Notes under the pieces: generated by a model
Told to the model about the DNA's origin: nothing
Databases searched by the model: none
Seen by the model: the letters and a program-made list of their open reading frames with translations, nothing else
Source: a virus
Virus record (IMG/VR): IMGVR_UViG_3300029286_000024
Location: 18,013-82,012 of that record
Strand: one strand, 5' to 3'
DNA: 64,000 bases
Program-made: the position numbers and the translations under genes
Shown: piece by piece, positions 57,806 to 64,000 of the stretch
Numbering within the stretch: position 1 is the stretch's first letter
How the letters are laid out: each line of letters opens with the position of its first letter

Positions 57806-59193
57806 CGGAAACCCCGACATCTTTAGTGTCGTGGGTGAGCGAACCTCCTTAGATTCCCTTATTTTTGACCACTTTCTCCTTTCTTTCCCTATACTATATC
57901 AGATTCTAAAATATATGCAAGAACTATTTTCAAAAATATTCAACTTTCGAGAAGGATTTTACTAAATAATTATAGAAAGACGTAATAATGAGCATATTGA
58001 CATATAATATTAGATTGGAGTTTCAAAAGCAAGAAGATAAAAACTCTTTAATAGACTTACTTCTTGAACATCAAAAAGTTTGGAATTATATGTCTGGATA
58101 TGCCTTTAAGTCTAAAAAGATTGATAAGAAATTATTGCACGATAAAAACTACCATCAATGCAGAAAATTATTTCCCAACTGTCCATCACAAGTTATTATT
58201 AGAGCAAAAGATTCTGTTTACGCTACATATAAGACAATTCAAGCAAATAAACATAAATTAGAAGAGCAGGCAAAACAAGAAAATATTTCAATAAGATTAG
58301 ATAAAAGAATTTACACTTTCTTCCCAAACAATAAAATTAAATTAACTACAACAGGAAAAAGAATTTTGTGTTCTTATACACCATATAGCAAATTTCAAAA
58401 ACTATTTTCCAAGCATTCTATTTGCGATCCATTACTTTTCGTTAGAGATAATGATGTTTGGTTGTCAGTATCTTTTAATGTTGACGCTCCTACTCTAATT
58501 GAAAATTCTTGTATTGGTGTAGACTTAGGTATTAAAAGACTTGCAACCACCTCAGATGGATTAGCGATTTCCGATAAAAAATTCCTTAAAGAAAAAAGAA
58601 AATTACGTTATCTCAAAAGACAATTACAATCCAAAATTAAAATCACTTTCTCTCGTTCCGCACAAAGAAAACTCAAGGCTCTTAAAAGAAAAGAACAAAA
58701 TAAGAATAAAAACCAGTCTCATCTTATTGCAAATCAAATCCTTAAAACTAAATCTAATGTTATTGTTATGGAAGATTTAAGTGGCATAAAACAACATCAT
58801 AGAGGAAAGAAATTTAATAACAAACAAGCTCAAGTTCCATATTTTGAGTTAAGAAGAATACTAACCTACAAGGCACCACTACATGGAAAAATAGTGGTAA
58901 CGGTTAACCCTGCATATACCTCAAAGAATGATTATAGAGGTATAGAAAAAGGCAAAAGACAGGGATGTAGATATTACACAAGCGATAGTAAAGTTTTTGA
59001 TGCAGACTGGAATGCATCAATAAACATTGCTAATCGTTATGCCACTCGTAAAAGAGTAAAAGGCATAGAACTCCCTGTTTCGTTTGGCTTGCCTATTGAT
59101 GGTAAGTTGAACCTTATAGGCAAGCCACATCAACTGGCTAATTGTGAGATAAGGTCTTGCAAACCCAATGATCTTTAGTCATTGGGTAGTTGA
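57806..59193 (+). mobile_element. IS200/IS605-family tnpB-only element
   Basis: Hairpins ccccgacatctttagtgtcgtggg (left) and cccaatgatctttagtcattggg (right). Confidence 0.8.
57988..59178 (+). CDS. tnpB: RNA-guided endonuclease TnpB (no Cys4 zinc finger)
   Basis: RuvC GVDLG / VMEDL / DADWNASINI; VNPAYTS. Confidence 0.85.
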   Translation: MSILTYNIRLEFQKQEDKNSLIDLLLEHQKVWNYMSGYAFKSKKIDKKLLHDKNYHQCRKLFPNCPSQVIIRAKDSVYATYKTIQANKHKLEEQAKQENISIRLDKRIYTFFPNNKIKLTTTGKRILCSYTPYSKFQKLFSKHSICDPLLFVRDNDVWLSVSFNVDAPTLIENSCIGVDLGIKRLATTSDGLAISDKKFLKEKRKLRYLKRQLQSKIKITFSRSAQRKLKALKRKEQNKNKNQSHLIANQILKTKSNVIVMEDLSGIKQHHRGKKFNNKQAQVPYFELRRILTYKAPLHGKIVVTVNPAYTSKNDYRGIEKGKRQGCRYYTSDSKVFDADWNASINIANRYATRKRVKGIELPVSFGLPIDGKLNLIGKPHQLANCEIRSCKPNDL

Positions 59194-59420
59194 TTTCCGC
59201 AAAGCCAATGGTTTTTTCCATTTTTAGTTATCTCAAAGTAGAACTTATTATGGGACAGTAAATATTGGTTATCATTGAGTATGAGTTTAGTTTCTTCATT
59301 GGGGAGGTAATAGAATCCTTTGGGTATATCGGGTATAGGTTTAGGTGGTAGTTTTTTTCCAAAATGGTCTATATAGGCATGAGCGGCCCAAGACTTTTCT
59401 ATTGCTATGATGATTGACAT
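59175..59420 (-). CDS. Hypothetical protein, 3' end altered by TnpB insertion
   Basis: Reads into the element's right end; empty-site reconstruction extends it to 57769. Confidence 0.6.
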   Translation of the reverse strand: MSIIIAIEKSWAAHAYIDHFGKKLPPKPIPDIPKGFYYLPNEETKLILNDNQYLLSHNKFYFEITKNGKNHWLCGNQLPND

Positions 59421-59424
59421 TTAT

Positions 59425-59664
59425 TTAATCCTTTAGGTGATCTTTTCGATGAACATAGCGCAATACGATTAACTCATGGATCATGGTTATTTTAGCATCT
59501 CCTTCTTCGGTTCCATCTTTCCACCAGAATTGTTCAAAAGCGTTCATGTTACCTTCTCTTACGCTTTTGGCTAGGTTGGTAAGTTGTTCGGCTATATGTT
59601 CGCAGTCTTTGGCGGTTAATTCTTTATGTTCTGCGAAGGTGATGGGATTTTGTATGTTAGACAT
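59425..59664 (-). CDS. Hypothetical protein
   Basis: AAGGAG RBS. Confidence 0.65.
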   Translation of the reverse strand: MSNIQNPITFAEHKELTAKDCEHIAEQLTNLAKSVREGNMNAFEQFWWKDGTEEGDAKITMIHELIVLRYVHRKDHLKD

Positions 59665-59672
59665 ATGCTCCT

Positions 59673-60017
59673 TTATAGTTGAAGTTGTCCTATGGTGGTT
59701 TGGTCTTCTATTATTTCTATGGGTAAATCGTCTGTTATTTTTTCATCTTTGACATTGAGTGTATAGACGGATTGTTTTAAGAAGTCAATTACTAGGTCTT
59801 TTTTATTGTTGAGAGTGGCAAATATAACTTTTGTGAACCATTGGGCTTCTTCTTCGGTAGAGCAGTCGATAAATCCAATAAATTTACTTTTCCCAAAGGT
59901 AGGGTCATTAGTTCCCAATTGTACTTGAAATCCATTTTTTGCAATGTAATTTGCATTAGAAACCTCATAAGGTGGGACGTAGGATTCTCTGGTAGATATG
60001 AATAATCTTTCATTCAT
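59673..60017 (-). CDS. Hypothetical protein
   Basis: ATGA coupling. Confidence 0.65.
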   Translation of the reverse strand: MNERLFISTRESYVPPYEVSNANYIAKNGFQVQLGTNDPTFGKSKFIGFIDCSTEEEAQWFTKVIFATLNNKKDLVIDFLKQSVYTLNVKDEKITDDLPIEIIEDQTTIGQLQL

Positions 60018-60223
60018 GGCAATCTTTTGTTTAAGAGTTTAGGTTTAGGATACATTCGTTTATCGGTTAAAGACATAGCGTAGAGCATCAGTTGGATAGG
60101 GTTCATAGTGGCAGAGCGTATTTTGAGATCGGGGTGTTTTTTCTGCCATATACCGAATCGTTTTCTTACTGCCTTATCAAAAGCATCCTTGATTTCGGGA
60201 CGTATATTATTGGGTTTTTTCAT
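60014..60223 (-). CDS. Hypothetical protein
   Basis: Coupled. Confidence 0.6.
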   Translation of the reverse strand: MKKPNNIRPEIKDAFDKAVRKRFGIWQKKHPDLKIRSATMNPIQLMLYAMSLTDKRMYPKPKLLNKRLP

Positions 60224-60398
60224 TGTGTTTATCCGTAGGAGAGGTGCTTGTGGGTTCTAATATTTTCTTAAGTTGAGTACCGCAGAAGGGGCAATAGTTC
60301 ATATGCAGACGATGTGTTAATCCAAAGCATGATAGTTTCCATTCAGGGCATTTACACCATTCTGTAATATCTTTATGTTTTATAACTTTATGTTTCAT
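60207..60398 (-). CDS. Small zinc-ribbon protein
   Basis: CKC…NYCPFCG. Confidence 0.6.
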   Translation of the reverse strand: MKHKVIKHKDITEWCKCPEWKLSCFGLTHRLHMNYCPFCGTQLKKILEPTSTSPTDKHNEKTQ

Positions 60399-60573
60399 AA
60401 TTTCCTTAATAGGTGATAAATTCTTTTAGTATCTTTCCTTTTTTATTTCGGACTTCGTAAGTAGCCCAAGACTTGCCTATTTCCTTCCATATTCTCTTTT
60501 TATTATCTGACGAGAAAGGTTTAGTTTTGAACGAGTTTAATGGGAGCCAGAATAGGTTATATTTTTTCATTGT

Positions 60574-60801
60574 TTATATGAGTTCCCATGTTTTAGCATC
60601 GGTATATTCGAAATGTTGGCCGCATAAAACGCAATAGTCTTTATTAAGGAGCTTGCCGGTTTCGGGGTGTCTTTCCATAAGCAACATACCTTCTTCACAA
60701 ACCGGGCACAATGATTTATAGAAGCTTTCCTTGTTGACTTTTTTAAGGGTGGCTTGGCAGACCTTAATGGGAGGCTTGTTAAAATTTTGTGCTATTTCCA
60801 T
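60574..60801 (-). CDS. Small zinc-ribbon protein
   Basis: CPVC…CVLCG. Confidence 0.65.
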   Translation of the reverse strand: MEIAQNFNKPPIKVCQATLKKVNKESFYKSLCPVCEEGMLLMERHPETGKLLNKDYCVLCGQHFEYTDAKTWELI

Positions 60802-60807
60802 AATGTC

Positions 60808-61941
60808 CTATTCCTTTCTTGCTCCTACTATTATACCCCAAACTCTGGCTTTTCCATCGTCTCTATTTGTTCTTGTTCCCCAGTCTTCTACTTTTACTTT
60901 AATCTCCGTATTACCTTCGGGGAAGATACCTAGGCCGAAACTATTTTCATTATCTGGGTTCATATCCACATGCCAGTCCCTATAATATTTTCCTTCTTCG
61001 TAGTAGGTGGTTTTATTAAATAGTCCGCTCCCGTTAAAATCGTGGTTTCTGAAGGCATAAAGAAATTCCCCATCGAATTTCAGATGATGTCTCTCCGCAT
61101 ATTCTTTAATTTCTTTGGTTTTTTGTTCTAAAGACTTTTCCTTGTTGGTTTCTTCTTGCATGGGGGCATCTACGCCTTTGAATTCTTGGATAAATTCTTT
61201 TGAAAGTTTTTGATAAGATGAAATCACGTACCAACTTAGCCTGTTTGTAAATTCCCGGATAAAATCTTCTGAGAGTTCGTGAGATTGAGAAATGTAACCC
61301 CAGTCCACAAAATCTTTGAATTCTCTAATAAAATCTTCGGAGAGTTTTTGATATTCTGAAATTCTGTTCCATCTCAATTTATCTTTGAATTCTCTAATAA
61401 AATCTTCTGAGAGCTTTTGGAAAGTTGAAACGCAATCCCAATATGCATAATCTTTGAATTCTCTAATAAAATTTTCTGAGAGTTTTTGATATTGGAAAAT
61501 GTAGCCCCAGTCCACTTTATCTTTGAATTCTCTAATAAAATTTTCTGAGAGTTTTTGAAAACGAGAAACGTAGCCCCAGAGCACTTTATCCTGAGATTCT
61601 CGTATGAAATTTTCGGAAAGTCTTTGATAGCGGGAAATGAACTCCCAGTCCACTTGATCTTGAAATTCCCGAATGAAATCTTCGGAAAGTTTTTGAAATT
61701 GGGAAACGTGATACCAATTCACCCTACCCTGAAATTCTCGGATGAAATTTTCAGAAAGTTTTTGATAGCGGGAAATATGGTCCCAACTCACGTAATCTTT
61801 AAATTCTCTAATAAAATCTTCGGAAAGTTTTAGATCACCAGAATGATACCACATCATTTTATCTTTAAATTCTTCTGTGGTACAATTTAAACCCAGTGTT
61901 TTAATTAGTTGCTTAACTTCTTCTTGTAGCGATTCTTTCAT
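60808..61941 (-). CDS. Tryptophan-repeat protein (about 10 x 23-aa repeats) with conserved C-terminal domain
   Basis: KLSE(D/N)FIREFxDxVxWxxISxYQ repeats. Confidence 0.85.
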   Translation of the reverse strand: MKESLQEEVKQLIKTLGLNCTTEEFKDKMMWYHSGDLKLSEDFIREFKDYVSWDHISRYQKLSENFIREFQGRVNWYHVSQFQKLSEDFIREFQDQVDWEFISRYQRLSENFIRESQDKVLWGYVSRFQKLSENFIREFKDKVDWGYIFQYQKLSENFIREFKDYAYWDCVSTFQKLSEDFIREFKDKLRWNRISEYQKLSEDFIREFKDFVDWGYISQSHELSEDFIREFTNRLSWYVISSYQKLSKEFIQEFKGVDAPMQEETNKEKSLEQKTKEIKEYAERHHLKFDGEFLYAFRNHDFNGSGLFNKTTYYEEGKYYRDWHVDMNPDNENSFGLGIFPEGNTEIKVKVEDWGTRTNRDDGKARVWGIIVGARKE

Positions 61942-61987
61942 GAGTCTCCTATGCTTTTTATTCCAGTATATTTCGTTAAAAATAATC

Positions 61988-62191
61988 TCATCTATTCCAG
62001 TATTCTTCTACGTTAAGAACAATCTCGTCTCTTAGTTTTTTGGCTTCTTCTTCTGTGGATCTCCATAGGATTACGAATCCCCCTCCCTGATTAATTACTT
62101 GAAATGAAAATTCTCCATTCTCCTTACGAATACTATTGACACAAACCACATGGGGAATAATTACCAAGCCATTTTCCATAACGTTTTTCAT
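61988..62191 (-). CDS. Hypothetical protein
   Basis: ATGA coupling, RBS. Confidence 0.6.
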   Translation of the reverse strand: MKNVMENGLVIIPHVVCVNSIRKENGEFSFQVINQGGGFVILWRSTEEEAKKLRDEIVLNVEEYWNR

Positions 62192-62625
62192 AATGCTCCT
62201 TTATTTTCTTTCATTGTTGGTACGATTTCATAACTAGGTTTGACATCGAAGCCATAGAAATTTTTACCACTGACCACTTTGACCATAATATTTGTAGAAT
62301 CCCAATAAGAAGAATCAGGGAAAACAAATCCTGCAATGACAAACCCATTTTCGTCTGCGTGAGTAATGGCAGTCATATTGTTGGTTTTAAGGATAGAGGT
62401 AGGAACTTGGTAGGAAGTGGTAATATTTTTTAGAGGCATGACTAATCCGGGCATACTGAGCATAAATCCAAAACATAATGCAATGACAAATAGGGGAAAA
62501 GAATAAGCTAAACGGTAGCGGAAAGGCACATCGTTGAGGAACAATAAGAATAGGGTAACAAAAAATCCGATAGCCCATATTAATAGACCCAAGGCCGACA
62601 ATAAAGTTATTAATGCAGTGATCAT
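62188..62625 (-). CDS. Membrane protein (2 TM)
   Basis: Hydrophobic N-terminus. Confidence 0.7.
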   Translation of the reverse strand: MITALITLLSALGLLIWAIGFFVTLFLLFLNDVPFRYRLAYSFPLFVIALCFGFMLSMPGLVMPLKNITTSYQVPTSILKTNNMTAITHADENGFVIAGFVFPDSSYWDSTNIMVKVVSGKNFYGFDVKPSYEIVPTMKENKGAL

Positions 62626-62631
62626 GTTACC

Positions 62632-63150
62632 TTATTTGAGAATGTATATGATTTCGTTTTTGTCATATTGCCCTTCTGTCCATACTCTAATAGAAAACTT
62701 CTTGTAAAGGGTAGTAAAGAAATCTATGGACTCATTAAACATAATATCTTGGACATAAAGTTGAATCGGTTTAATTTGTGAGATGTCTTCAAATCTTGTT
62801 CGTAAGTGTTTGAATTGGTTTAGGTTATGGATAGAGATACCGATTCCATCAATATCATTATCGATTTGTTTAACGAGTGATTTAGTGAGGAAGTCTCCGT
62901 TGGTTTGGAGATAGATGGGGCTAATATGTGCGCAGGTTATTAGTCTAAGGTGCTGAAGAATTCTAATTAGATCTTCTTCGGGGACAAGCAGTGGTTCTCC
63001 TCCGGAAACAATTACAGAAGAAAAGTGCGACCAATTGACCTCGTTAAGATTTTTGATTGACATCCACTTGTCCTTATAAGGTTCAACTTTATTAATGCAA
63101 TAGGGGCAATTTCTATTACAGTCTAGGGTTATTTTGAGTCTAGCTTTCAT
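62632..63150 (-). CDS. Radical SAM protein
   Basis: CNRNCPYC (CxxxCxxC), VSGGEPL, LQTNG. Confidence 0.85.
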   Translation of the reverse strand: MKARLKITLDCNRNCPYCINKVEPYKDKWMSIKNLNEVNWSHFSSVIVSGGEPLLVPEEDLIRILQHLRLITCAHISPIYLQTNGDFLTKSLVKQIDNDIDGIGISIHNLNQFKHLRTRFEDISQIKPIQLYVQDIMFNESIDFFTTLYKKFSIRVWTEGQYDKNEIIYILK

Positions 63151-63152
63151 TT

Positions 63153-64000
63153 TTATTTCGTTGCGCCTCCAATGGTTATGCCCCAAACTCTAGCTTTCCC
63201 ATCGTTTCTATTAACTTCTACTCCCCAGTCTTCCACTTTAACTTTAATTTTTGTATTACCTTTGGGGAAGATACCTAGCCCAAAACTATTTTCATTAGAT
63301 GGGTTCATATTGCAACGCCAATCTCGATAATATTTCCCCTTTTCATAGACAATGGTTTTATTGAACAACCCACAACCATTGAAATCATGGTTGCGGAAAG
63401 CATGGAGAAACTTTCCGTCAAACTTCAGATGATGTCTCTTGGCATAGGCTTTAATTTCTTTGGTTTTTTGTTCTAACGACTTTTCTTTATGATTGGATTT
63501 TTGTATTTTAATGTCTTTAGCTCCTACGTTAAAAAATTTTCTAATAAAATCTTCTGAGAGTTTCTGGTAACTATAAATATTATCCCAACGCATTCTGTTC
63601 ATAAACTCTCGAATGAAACTTTCTGAAAGTTTTTGATATTGGGAAACCTTATACCAATTCACTTTATCTTGAAATTCTCGGATGAAACCTTCTGAGAGTT
63701 TTTGACATTCAGAAATATTGGTCCAACTCACTTTATCTTTAAATTCTCGGATGAAATCTTCGGAAAGTTTCTGATGGTTGGAAATGTAACTCCAATTCAC
63801 TTTAAAGTTAAACTCTCGAATGAAACTCTCTGAAAGCTTCTGATATTGGGAAATCTGATACCAATCTAATTTGTCTTTAAATTCTCGGATGAAATCTTCG
63901 GAAAGTTTCTGATGGTTGGAAATGTAACTCCAATTCACTTTAAAGTTAAACTCTCGAATGAAACTCTCTGAAAGCTTCTGATATTGGGAAATCTGATACC
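63153..64000 (-). CDS. Tryptophan-repeat protein, paralog of 60808..61941 (5' end outside window)
   Basis: Same 23-aa repeat and C-domain (KEKSLEQK…FRNHDFNG…ENSFGLGIFP…GKARVWG). Confidence 0.85.
   Translation of the reverse strand, partial: YQISQYQKLSESFIREFNFKVNWSYISNHQKLSEDFIREFKDKLDWYQISQYQKLSESFIREFNFKVNWSYISNHQKLSEDFIREFKDKVSWTNISECQKLSEGFIREFQDKVNWYKVSQYQKLSESFIREFMNRMRWDNIYSYQKLSEDFIRKFFNVGAKDIKIQKSNHKEKSLEQKTKEIKAYAKRHHLKFDGKFLHAFRNHDFNGCGLFNKTIVYEKGKYYRDWRCNMNPSNENSFGLGIFPKGNTKIKVKVEDWGVEVNRNDGKARVWGITIGGATK

Noticed and set aside
57988-59178. Cas12f/Cas14 CRISPR effector
   Set aside because: No array nearby; flanked by IS200/IS605-type hairpin ends
1-64000. Full TAG-to-sense recoding in this window
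   Set aside because: Coding density is already high in code 11, recognisable genes contain no internal TAG, and TAG ends several genes at sensible boundaries
60808-64000. Diversity-generating retroelement TR/VR pair
   Set aside because: No reverse transcriptase in the window, and differences are not confined to adenines

Overview
This AT-rich window looks like part of a large (jumbo/huge) tailed-phage genome: no cellular housekeeping genes, about 130 mostly small ORFs, two tRNAs, free-standing homing endonucleases and solo TnpB elements. It has four zones. (1) 1-9.3 kb: proteins sharing N-terminal peptide tags (MKIY[R/H][L/I] or MKIxxNKSQWExMGKxAGW) fused to unrelated cargo domains (topoisomerase IB, two ART-like domains, an HExxH peptidase, a multi-HTH protein). 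Several sit behind a sigmaH-like AGGA-N17/18-GAA(T/A) promoter. (2) About 9.5-52 kb: a minus-strand array of roughly 80 (manual count) promoter-gene cassettes, each with a sigma70-type CTTGACA-N17-extended -10 module. The TGA in the -35 box is often the stop codon of the preceding gene, and many genes look leaderless. Cargo includes ArdC, a methyltransferase, HAD, SprT, an AAA ATPase, GNAT, a Gp88-like protein, tRNA-Lys, an amber-suppressor tRNA(CUA) and two candidate structured RNAs. (3) 44 and 53-56 kb: three RHH-like mini-gene/GIY-YIG modules, then a non-coding block with repeats and an apparent GC-skew inversion. (4) 56-64 kb: small genes, a second TnpB element, a radical SAM protein and two tryptophan-repeat proteins. 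All function calls come from motifs recognised by eye; no database searches were run.
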